Of a stretch of DNA of 60,915 bases, positions 18,518 through 26,091 are shown one piece after another. A model generated the notes under the pieces. It saw only the letters and a list, made by a program, of their open reading frames with translations, searched no databases and had not been told where the DNA came from. Position numbers and translations under genes: made by a program. Position 1 is the stretch's first letter. The number at the start of each line of letters is the position of its first letter. Location: the NCBI GenBank assembly GCA_017470785.1, contig JAFUXM010000043.1, forward strand, positions 1-60,915. Reading direction: 5' to 3'. The DNA comes from Synergistaceae bacterium. Its GTDB lineage: Bacteria; Synergistota; Synergistia; Synergistales; Aminobacteriaceae.

Positions 18518-19447
18518 TTAATTAAATATCCCTGATGATAAATACCGTTCGCCGGTGTCAGGCAATAATGCAACTATATTTTTATTTGCATTCTCAGCTT
18601 TTCTTGCAGAACTAATAGCTGCCCAGAGAGCTGCGCCGCTCGATATGCCGGCCAATACGCCTTCGGTGCGGCCAAGCAGCTTCGCAGTTTCAAACGCAGC
18701 TTCGTTCTCAACTTTTATAATCTCGTCATAAATTTTAGTGTTTAAAACTTCAGGCACGAATCCAGCGCCGATGCCCTGAATTTTATGAGACCCTGCTTTG
18801 CCGCCCGACAGCACCGGCGAACTTGCAGGCTCTACCGCTATGACTTTTATATTTTTATTTTTAGATCTTAAATATTCGCCCGTGCCAGTTAAAGTTCCGC
18901 CCGTGCCGACACCGGCAATAAATATATCTACCTTGCCGTCAGTGTCTTCATAAATCTCCGGCCCGGTAGTCTCAAAATGCGCCTTTGGATTTGCCGGATT
19001 TACAAACTGTCCGGCAATAAAACTATTATCAATTTCTTTTAATAATTCATTTGCTTTCGCAATTGCACCGGCCATGCCCTTAGCGCCCTCAGTCAGCACA
19101 AGCTCAGCGCCGTACGCAGTCATTAACTGCCGCCGCTCTATCGACATTGAATCAGGCATAACTATAATAATTCTATAGCCCCGCGACGCCGCGATCGCTG
19201 CAAGGCCAACGCCCGTGTTGCCGCTCGTCGGCTCAATTAAAACAGAATATTTATTTAATTTGCCGCTCTTCTCCGCCTCGTCTATCATAGCAAGCGCAAT
19301 CCTGTCCTTCACAGACCCAGCCGGATTAAAATACTCAAGCTTAGCTAAAATTTTTGCTTTTAAATTAAGCTTCGCCTCGATGTTTTTAAGTTCCAAAATC
19401 GGCGTGCGTCCAACGAGCTGACTAACTGACGTATAAATCTTCGACAT
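18518..19447 (-). CDS. cysK: Cysteine synthase A (O-acetylserine sulfhydrylase)
   Basis: PLP-lysine context NPAGSVKDR, plus TSGNTG and GVGTGGT motifs. Confidence 0.93.
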   Translation of the reverse strand: MSKIYTSVSQLVGRTPILELKNIEAKLNLKAKILAKLEYFNPAGSVKDRIALAMIDEAEKSGKLNKYSVLIEPTSGNTGVGLAAIAASRGYRIIIVMPDSMSIERRQLMTAYGAELVLTEGAKGMAGAIAKANELLKEIDNSFIAGQFVNPANPKAHFETTGPEIYEDTDGKVDIFIAGVGTGGTLTGTGEYLRSKNKNIKVIAVEPASSPVLSGGKAGSHKIQGIGAGFVPEVLNTKIYDEIIKVENEAAFETAKLLGRTEGVLAGISSGAALWAAISSARKAENANKNIVALLPDTGERYLSSGIFN

Positions 19448-19510
19448 AATATAATCTCCTTATCTAATCTAAAAAATTTTTAAATATTATTTCATATTCT
19501 ACCTACTAAG

Positions 19511-19553
19511 GCAATATGCAATTTATAAAAAATTTTTTGCAAATCGCATATTG
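19511..19553. promoter_or_regulatory. Imperfect palindrome (candidate operator) in the divergent cysK / GGDEF promoter region
   Basis: gcaatatgcaattt ... aaatcgcatattgt, 12 of 14 positions complementary. Abuts a tataat hexamer at 19554-19559. Confidence 0.3.
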
Positions 19554-19588
19554 TATAATATTAATAAAAATTTTTTACAGGGGGCTGT

Positions 19589-20596
19589 TTGGTAATTATG
19601 TATTCTGCTACTATAAAAACTGCTGGACTTGATGGCGATACTTTAAGCGTGATAGAAAAAAGCCTGCGGCCTCTGAAAGATTTTGCCTGTGCCCTCGAGC
19701 CGTTTGATAATCTCAGTGAGCTTCACAAACTTAAAGACAAGAAAGCTAAAAAGAATTTAATAATTATCTTTGACGAAGAAATTTTAAATATTAATTTAAA
19801 TTTAATCTCAGAGCTTCGTGAGGCGAACGCGTTTAAACACGCAAAATTTATTTTATGCGCGAAAAATATTTTAAAATTTAATAAATATCTTGATTACATA
19901 GATGCAGTATGGACGAAGCCGTTTACTCCCGAGCTTGTGAATTTTTATTTAGCAAAGCTAATCGAGCGCGTGAAGCTTGAGCAGGATTTGACGTTTTACG
20001 CCAAGGCTAGCGAAATTCAAAGCCATAAAAAACTTTTAGAGATGGCGCGGCAGGATTACTTAACCGGCCTTGCGACGCGCTGGTACTTCCAAGAGTACAT
20101 AACCCGCAAGAGCAGCGAGAAATATTTAACGTGCATTTACTTTGACTTAGATCATTTCAAGTCGGTGAACGATACTTACGGTCATCAGACCGGCGATATG
20201 GCGCTTGCTGCTACGGCTGAGATGCTGCAGCATGAATTTGCGGACGGATTTATCGCGCGGTTCGGCGGCGACGAGTTCGTAACTATATTAACCGGCTTCC
20301 GGCCTGTTAAAGAAGTCGAGGCTCAAGTAAATAATTTTATGGCCAAGCTGCTTGCTTATTATCAAGAGATACCGGCCATGCGAAATTTATCAATAAGCGC
20401 GGGCATCTCCCAGACAGACCCTAATCAAATTAAATCTATAGATCAGCTTATGCGTGAGAGCGACAAAGCATTATACTGCGCAAAGAACTGCGGCCGCGCA
20501 AGATGCTGCATATATAATTCCTCAATGGAAGATGATTCAGTCCCGTGCGTTGTCTGCGAAAGCCGATCAAATCGCCCGCAGCATTGCTCAAGATAA
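19589..20596 (+). CDS. GGDEF-domain diguanylate cyclase with a degenerate receiver-like N-terminal domain
   Basis: RFGGDEF active-site motif, DHFKSVNDTYGH. The Cys-rich tail (CCIY...CVVC...HC) extends past the usual end of the domain. The ATG at 19598 is an alternative start. Confidence 0.85.
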   Translation: MVIMYSATIKTAGLDGDTLSVIEKSLRPLKDFACALEPFDNLSELHKLKDKKAKKNLIIIFDEEILNINLNLISELREANAFKHAKFILCAKNILKFNKYLDYIDAVWTKPFTPELVNFYLAKLIERVKLEQDLTFYAKASEIQSHKKLLEMARQDYLTGLATRWYFQEYITRKSSEKYLTCIYFDLDHFKSVNDTYGHQTGDMALAATAEMLQHEFADGFIARFGGDEFVTILTGFRPVKEVEAQVNNFMAKLLAYYQEIPAMRNLSISAGISQTDPNQIKSIDQLMRESDKALYCAKNCGRARCCIYNSSMEDDSVPCVVCESRSNRPQHCSR

Positions 20597-20691
20597 CGCT
20601 GCAAATAAATTTTTTGACGAGTTTTGCGGCCGGACAAGAGCCATTTCGAGTAAATATATTTAATGATTATTCCTGTATGAAATGCACATAA

Positions 20692-21330
20692 TCATAGCCG
20701 CGCCTTTAATTCTTTACGGACCATTTCCAGATCGCTGCAGGTTAAGATAGGTATTAAAGCGTTGATTTCATCAATGCTTTTATCCCACCATCTAAACTGC
20801 AGCATAAGTTCAATCAGTTCATCATCAAAACGTTTTCTGAGAATTTTTGCAGGATTTCCGACAACAATAGCGTACGGTTCAACGTCACTGCCAACTACGC
20901 TGTTTGCTCCGATGATTGCTCCGTCACCGATGCGAACGCCGGGCAGTATCACTGCATTCTGACCTATCCAAACGTCATTGCCGATCACAGTGTCGCCTTT
21001 AAACGGCAGGTCAGCAGGCGAAGGCGGCTTCATGTCCCAGCCTTCCAGTGTATAGAACGGGTAAGTAGAAACTGAGTTCATCTGGTGATTTGCACCGTTC
21101 ATCACAAATTCAACTCCGGCTGCGATCTGACAAAATTTCCCGATAATCAATTTGTCGCCGTTCCATTCATAGTGATGCGTAACGTGACTTTCAAATTCAG
21201 AATCGGCAATATACGTAAAGTCTCCGACGATGATATTGGGATTAGTGATCGTCGGCTTTACATAGATTTCTTTGCCGTATCCCTTAACAGGATAAATTAC
21301 ATTCGGATCAGGCTTTTTCCCGTTCTTCAT
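20692..21330 (-). CDS. vat: Vat-family streptogramin A O-acetyltransferase (xenobiotic acyltransferase)
   Basis: Vat-typical blocks PNIIVGDFTY, GKFCQIA, VMNGANH and FKGDTVIGNDVWIG plus hexapeptide repeats. The ATG at 21330 lies 8 nt after ggagg. The track's start at 21345 includes the SD. Confidence 0.85.
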   Translation of the reverse strand: MKNGKKPDPNVIYPVKGYGKEIYVKPTITNPNIIVGDFTYIADSEFESHVTHHYEWNGDKLIIGKFCQIAAGVEFVMNGANHQMNSVSTYPFYTLEGWDMKPPSPADLPFKGDTVIGNDVWIGQNAVILPGVRIGDGAIIGANSVVGSDVEPYAIVVGNPAKILRKRFDDELIELMLQFRWWDKSIDEINALIPILTCSDLEMVRKELKARL

Positions 21331-21429
21331 TATGCTTGCCTCCAAATAAATCCAGTTTTTATACAGCCTGAATGTTTAAAATTAAAAGCATTGCAGCGTA
21401 AATTTATTAAAAATTAAATAAAAATAAAA

Positions 21430-23691
21430 TTATTTTAAAATTAACTCGCTGTTTTTGCGGCGCTTGCCGGGCGTCATGACGCTAATATTAATCGATGCGC
21501 TGCGGCCGTCTTGATCAGTCACGCCGATAATATGCTCGCCGTCTGTCACGCCGTGAAAGAAATTTGCACTTGCAGCCGCACTGCCTAAATATTCGCCGTC
21601 CATGTACCAATAGACTTGGCCGGCTGCGCCCTCGCTTCTGAATGCGATACGCCGCTCTAAGTCAAACGGCGCAAATATATAGCTCGAGCCGTCCACCGGC
21701 GCAACGATATTTAACGGCGACTTTCTATAAATTCTTTTAATTTTTATATTCTTAGCTTGCTCTAATTCATGAGGCATGATTAAAACTTTCTCGCCCTGCT
21801 TTAAAGTATGCAGCTTGCACGGCACAGTATGCGTAACTCCGTCAATGCTCCACTCAGCCCGAGTTGAAATACATGCAGCAGTCGGCGGCTCGCCTGACAA
21901 ACTGCATACACGCCTTGATACGACTTTATCCGGCTTGTCATACCAACCTGACTTGGGCGATATAATTCTTAAAATCTTTACGGCTACCGGGGCAGCGGCC
22001 TTAGCACCGACCAAACCTGGCCATGCCGTGCCGTCGGGACTGCCTGCCCATACGACCGCAGTGTAGTCCGGCGTCCACGCCGCAGTCCACGCATCTCTCA
22101 AGCCATAAGACGTGCCGGTCTTTAATGCTATTCGCCATTTCTGCCCTAACGTCCCGCGTGAAAACAGCGACAGCGCACCCTTGTGATTTAATATATCGCA
22201 GATCATCCAGCACGCTTCTTGTGACGCAACCCTCGAGCCTATAACTTCTTCATCTTTTAATAACGACAGCGGTCTGAACTTTCCAAGCGATGCCAAGGCT
22301 GTAAATGCTTCAAGCTCTTCGTATAAAGTCACTTCGCAGCCGCCTAAGATTAACGAATCACCGTAATATTTAGCATTATTATTAAAATGTTTATAGCCGA
22401 AATCTTTTATTAAGCTTAGCACTTTTTCCTGACCGGCGCGTCTCAGCACTCTAACTGCCGGCGCATTAAGAGACTCGGCAAGGGCGACTCGAGCGCTTAC
22501 TGCACCTCTGTAGCTCAAGTCAAAATTGCGCGGTGCCCGGCCTGAGAACGCAGTCTGCGTGTCCGCAAGCAAAGTCGACCCAGTTAATATTCCTTGCTCG
22601 ACTGCTTCAAGATATGCGAAAGGCTTTAAAGTCGACCCGGGTGACCGCAGGCCAAGCCCGCAGTCAACCCATGCAGCCCGCGAGTTAATATTATTTAAAT
22701 TAAATCTCGCGTTGCCCACCCATGCGATTAATTTTCCGGTCTTGTTGTCAGCTATGCCGGCCGCAAGCGTAATATTAGCAGGAAAACTCCGCGCCGCCTG
22801 AGTTAATATTGCCTCAAGTTTTACCTGCGCATTTAAATCTAAGCTTGTATATAAATTTTTAGAATTATATCTATTAAATGCCAGCTCGGCAAAATGATAA
22901 GCCTTGAACGGCGGCTGAGTGCGTTTTCTCGGCAGCTCCTCAAGCAAAGCCCGCGCGGCCTCGTCATGAGTAAAAATTTTTTTGCTTAGCATTAATTTTA
23001 TAATCGCATCGCGCCGTGTTTTAGCCGCTTGATAATTTAAGTCCGGCCTGTACAGCGTCGGACTTTTCAACATGCCGATTAATAAGCACGCCTCGCCGGT
23101 AGAAATTTGCGATGCGCTTTTATTAAAGTAAATCAGCGATGCCGCCTGAACGCCCCGAATATTGCCGCCGAACGGCGCCCTGTTTAAATAATTCTCAAGT
23201 ATCTCGGGCTTGCTTAACTCATGCTCAAGCTTCATTGCCATGATAAACTCGCGTATCTTAGTCGGGATACTGCGCGGTCTGCCTTCACGCTCTGACACCG
23301 CAAGGCGCACTAACTGGCTTGTGATAGTCGATGCGCCGGACGCCACGCGATTATAAATTAAATTTTGATATAAAGCCCGCGCGATTGCAATAATATCAAC
23401 GCCAAAGTGACTATAAAATCTCCCGTCCTCAACTCCAACCGCTACTAACGGCAGCCACTTGCCCATCTCTTCTAATTTAATAGGCACTTGCCACTCTGAG
23501 TCAGGCGAAAGTCTTAAGTGAAACAGCCGCCCTTGATTATCGTAGAGCGCAGGTGAGCCGTCTATATTTAAAATTTTATTTAAATCATTCGCATTAAACG
23601 GCACAGCAAGCCACAGCCCCGTGAAAATTATCAACACGGCAAGCATAGTCAGCGCAAGTATTTTTAATAAATTTTTTAAAAAATTTTGCAT
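21430..23691 (-). CDS. pbpC: Penicillin-binding protein 1C (bifunctional glycosyltransferase/transpeptidase)
   Basis: GT51 motifs (EDGRFYSHFGVD, TITSQLVR). Transpeptidase motifs STLKPF, SLN and KTGTS. A C-terminal PBP1C-type domain (YWYMDGEYLG). Confidence 0.88.
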   Translation of the reverse strand: MQNFLKNLLKILALTMLAVLIIFTGLWLAVPFNANDLNKILNIDGSPALYDNQGRLFHLRLSPDSEWQVPIKLEEMGKWLPLVAVGVEDGRFYSHFGVDIIAIARALYQNLIYNRVASGASTITSQLVRLAVSEREGRPRSIPTKIREFIMAMKLEHELSKPEILENYLNRAPFGGNIRGVQAASLIYFNKSASQISTGEACLLIGMLKSPTLYRPDLNYQAAKTRRDAIIKLMLSKKIFTHDEAARALLEELPRKRTQPPFKAYHFAELAFNRYNSKNLYTSLDLNAQVKLEAILTQAARSFPANITLAAGIADNKTGKLIAWVGNARFNLNNINSRAAWVDCGLGLRSPGSTLKPFAYLEAVEQGILTGSTLLADTQTAFSGRAPRNFDLSYRGAVSARVALAESLNAPAVRVLRRAGQEKVLSLIKDFGYKHFNNNAKYYGDSLILGGCEVTLYEELEAFTALASLGKFRPLSLLKDEEVIGSRVASQEACWMICDILNHKGALSLFSRGTLGQKWRIALKTGTSYGLRDAWTAAWTPDYTAVVWAGSPDGTAWPGLVGAKAAAPVAVKILRIISPKSGWYDKPDKVVSRRVCSLSGEPPTAACISTRAEWSIDGVTHTVPCKLHTLKQGEKVLIMPHELEQAKNIKIKRIYRKSPLNIVAPVDGSSYIFAPFDLERRIAFRSEGAAGQVYWYMDGEYLGSAAASANFFHGVTDGEHIIGVTDQDGRSASINISVMTPGKRRKNSELILK

Positions 23692-23696
23692 GATTT

Positions 23697-23972
23697 TTAT
23701 AATCCAAGATCGCCATGAGAGCCCGTACGCACAAGACGTAAAACATTTCTTTCATCAAAAATACGATAAATTAAGACCCAGTCGCCTCTGACATGGCAAT
23801 CTCTGTATCCCTGCCAATTGCCTGATAGCTGATGGTCTTTATATCTTGCAGGCAGCTCGATTTTATTCTGGAGCATATCTGTCACTTCACGTAAAAGATT
23901 CATGTCCCATTTACGTTTTATTAAGTTTCTCACATCTTTTTTAAATTGGGCTTGAAACTCAAGCGTCAGCAT
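23697..23972 (-). CDS. yafQ: YafQ/RelE-family type II toxin (mRNA interferase)
   Basis: 91-aa ORF with KDHQLSGNWQGYRDCHV and WVLIYR blocks typical of YafQ. Overlaps the upstream antitoxin gene by 14 nt. Confidence 0.85.
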   Translation of the reverse strand: MLTLEFQAQFKKDVRNLIKRKWDMNLLREVTDMLQNKIELPARYKDHQLSGNWQGYRDCHVRGDWVLIYRIFDERNVLRLVRTGSHGDLGL

Positions 23973-24231
23973 TTATATCCGCCATCATCTCGTCAAACGT
24001 ATTAAACGGTCCATGAATGTCCGCATCATTATCTGAATCCGCCAGAGCCTTTGCCGTAAGCGCTCTTCCTGCGATTAATGAAGTATTGAACACAGGCTGC
24101 CGCTCCTGCACGGATTGACGCAGAAAAGCATTTACAGCAGAAGTAAAGCTTAATCCAAAGTTACTGAAAAGCTTATCTGCTTCTTCTTTCAGGTTCGCGT
24201 CAATTTTTATGTTTACACTAATTGTCGCCAT
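23959..24231 (-). CDS. dinJ: DinJ/RelB-family antitoxin
   Basis: 90-aa ORF with ribbon-helix-helix N-terminus ISVNIKIDANLKEEADKLF..GLSFTSAVNAFLRQ. Confidence 0.85.
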   Translation of the reverse strand: MATISVNIKIDANLKEEADKLFSNFGLSFTSAVNAFLRQSVQERQPVFNTSLIAGRALTAKALADSDNDADIHGPFNTFDEMMADINADA

Positions 24232-24286
24232 ATCCTAACCTCCAACCTTGCGTCCAAATACTTATTGCCGTTATTTTAGCGCTAAA

Positions 24287-24332
24287 ATTTAAAATTTTAA
24301 AACCGGAGCGGCCAGCGCGGCCGCACCAGTTT
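24287..24332 (-). terminator. Terminator after DUF2442 copy 1 (shared cassette-end element)
   Basis: The minus-strand RNA ACUGGUGCGGCC-GCGCU-GGCCGCUCCGGU forms a 12-bp stem with one mismatch, followed by UUUUAAAAUUUU. Confidence 0.75.
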
Positions 24333-24341
24333 CATTATTAT

Positions 24342-24602
24342 TCAATTATTATAAGGCATACTGCACTCATATAGATGTTCCGGCGCTATGTCAACTTCAT
24401 CGCTCCAGACGACTGTGCCGCAGTCTGCCCTTGCCTTGAGAAAAAATGCTATGCTTCTCAGCTGCGCGTAAATATTTTCTTTCAGCAGCGGCCTTGCGTC
24501 GTAAATGCGCTTCTCTCCGTTGGCAAACGTAATTATAAGGCTGTAATCCGGCTGCGGCTGCACCGCTTTGACTATCCATACAGGCGTTTTCATGGCTATC
24601 AC
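24342..24602 (-). CDS. DUF2442-domain protein (copy 1)
   Basis: MKTPVWIVKAVQPQPDYSLIITFANGEKRIYD is typical of DUF2442. It partners the upstream DUF4160 gene. The ATG at 24593 is the more likely start, matching copy 2. Confidence 0.8.
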   Translation of the reverse strand: MIAMKTPVWIVKAVQPQPDYSLIITFANGEKRIYDARPLLKENIYAQLRSIAFFLKARADCGTVVWSDEVDIAPEHLYECSMPYNN

Positions 24603-24859
24603 CGTAACGGGTCAATTTTATAAAGCGGCTGTTTACTAATCGTTAGTTCCCAGTTCGCTAAAAGTTCGTCCTTATGAAGTTCAGCCCATGCAGCTATAAA
24701 TTTTTTCTGCCGTGTAGGCATATCTCCCTCTAAAATATCGCCATCCATATCAAATACCGCGTTATATCCCTGATATGAAGCATGAAAGTGCGGCGGATTA
24801 TGTTCACCATTATTGAACATTCTGATAATTATTCCTAAAAACATCGATATTACAGGCAT
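24599..24859 (-). CDS. DUF4160-domain protein
   Basis: ISMFLGIIIRMFNNGEHNPPHFHA is the DUF4160 signature. Confidence 0.8.
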   Translation of the reverse strand: MPVISMFLGIIIRMFNNGEHNPPHFHASYQGYNAVFDMDGDILEGDMPTRQKKFIAAWAELHKDELLANWELTISKQPLYKIDPLR

Positions 24860-24931
24860 ATTAGCTTACCTCCCTTGTAATCAATATAATTGACTGAACA
24901 CCCTTAATCTATTATACCCTCAACCCGTAGC

Positions 24932-25183
24932 TCAAAATTTTAAAACCGGAGCGGCTGCACGTTCCTGCATGGCTGAGTTTAAAGCCATGCTGTAATTCAT
25001 TGCTTTATGGCTTAAATTCCTTACATTATCTTCTTCAAGATTATCCTGTCTCCATTTAGTATAATCAAAAGGCTCATAGCTCATCAATGCAATAAAACGC
25101 TCCGCATTCACAGCGCCGAGGTTTTTTATCAGGACGTTCATGCCTTCCAATTTTAAGCATGTATCTGTCATTTCTTTCAACAT
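24932..25183 (-). CDS. 83-aa partner protein of the PIN gene (putative antitoxin, gene located downstream)
   Basis: Its start overlaps the PIN stop by 7 nt. The last 7 codons (AAAPVLKF) are encoded by the shared ttttaaaaccggagcggc cassette-end element. Confidence 0.55.
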   Translation of the reverse strand: MLKEMTDTCLKLEGMNVLIKNLGAVNAERFIALMSYEPFDYTKWRQDNLEEDNVRNLSHKAMNYSMALNSAMQERAAAPVLKF

Positions 25184-25614
25184 AAGTATTCCCCCTGTTC
25201 AAATATAAACTGTATAGGGTCAGCGATATTTATCTCATTTATCTTTGACCTTAATAATTTTCTATCCGTCGTAAGATAGTAATCGCAATTTGATGATACC
25301 GCACAGGCAATATGCAGAGCATCAAAAGTTTTAATACCTTTTACTTTAAGCTTTTCTGCAAAATTTATAATTTCATCTGTCTCAACGACAATCTTAACTG
25401 CTAAATCCCTCAACGGAGCAATAGCCTCTCTTTTCTCCATGAACGGATTTTTAGAGTTTTCATAGTCTAAAACATACGACCATATCAATTTATGCTTACC
25501 GTCAATTATATCTTTTTGAATTTGCAGTTTTGCCTGTGTTTCAAGCCGTATCTTAAATTGAAGCTGATCGTCGAACGGCCTGTTATAACAGCAGTTATCC
25601 AAATATATCAGCAA
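25177..25614 (-). CDS. PIN-domain protein (VapC-like putative toxin)
   Basis: Acidic PIN residues are in order (IYLDN, RLETQ, FDALHIACA, LTTDRKL). TTG start lies 8 nt after aaggaga. Confidence 0.7.
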   Translation of the reverse strand: MLIYLDNCCYNRPFDDQLQFKIRLETQAKLQIQKDIIDGKHKLIWSYVLDYENSKNPFMEKREAIAPLRDLAVKIVVETDEIINFAEKLKVKGIKTFDALHIACAVSSNCDYYLTTDRKLLRSKINEINIADPIQFIFEQGEYLC

Positions 25615-25729
25615 GTATTGCGTCTCCTTTAATTAAATAATTAAATAATTAAATTTGTCCCAAGCCCAGCACGAGAGCCCTGGACTTTAACAGCTTAACA
25701 GACCTCAAAAATATTATAATCCGGCGCTT

Positions 25730-25771
25730 AAATTTTTAAAACCGGAGCGGCCAGCGCGACCGCCCCAGTTT
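25730..25771 (-). terminator. Terminator after DUF2442 copy 2
   Basis: Same element as 24287-24332. The substitutions keep pairing through G-U wobbles (ACUGGGGCGGUC / GGCCGCUCCGGU), and the hairpin is followed by UUUUAAAAAUUU. Confidence 0.75.
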
Positions 25772-25780
25772 CATTATTAT

Positions 25781-26035
25781 TCAATTATTATAAGGCATAC
25801 TGCACTCATATAGATGTTCCGGCGCTATATCTACTTCGTCGCTCCAGACGACTGTGCCGCAGTCCGCCCTTGCCTTGAGAAAGAATGCCATGCTTCTTAG
25901 CTGCGCGTAAATATTTTCTTTCAGCAGCGGCCTTGCGTCGTAAATGCGCTTCTCTCCGTTGGCAAACGTAATTATAAGGCTGTAATCCGGCTGCGGCTGA
26001 ACTGCTTTGACTACCCATACAGGCGTTTTCATCAT
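25781..26035 (-). CDS. DUF2442-domain protein (copy 2, orphan without a DUF4160 partner)
   Basis: By eye about 95% nucleotide identity to 24342-24596. Only conservative amino-acid changes are seen (I/V, I/M). Confidence 0.8.
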   Translation of the reverse strand: MMKTPVWVVKAVQPQPDYSLIITFANGEKRIYDARPLLKENIYAQLRSMAFFLKARADCGTVVWSDEVDIAPEHLYECSMPYNN

Positions 26036-26091
26036 GTTCTGGGACTTTTAACAGATCAATCAACCGCAAAACGAATTAACATACGCATATT

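Noticed and set aside
20500-20596. Cys-rich C-terminal tail of the GGDEF protein as a metal-binding module or truncated foreign gene
   Set aside because: The tail is only about 25 aa with no recognisable motif. It may simply be read-through into island-boundary DNA. The evidence is insufficient.
21430-23691. Expected alpha-2-macroglobulin (yfhM) partner of pbpC
   Set aside because: No large alpha-2-macroglobulin-like ORF is adjacent on either side. The absence is noted, but there is nothing to annotate.
24287-26066. Integron-like gene-cassette array (small promoterless same-strand cassettes ending in a shared imperfect palindrome)
   Set aside because: No intI integrase or attI is in the window. 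The shared element lacks recognisable RYYYAAC/GTTRRRY core sites. It folds as an ordinary GC-stem plus U-run terminator. At least the PIN cassette appears to have its own -10 and SD.
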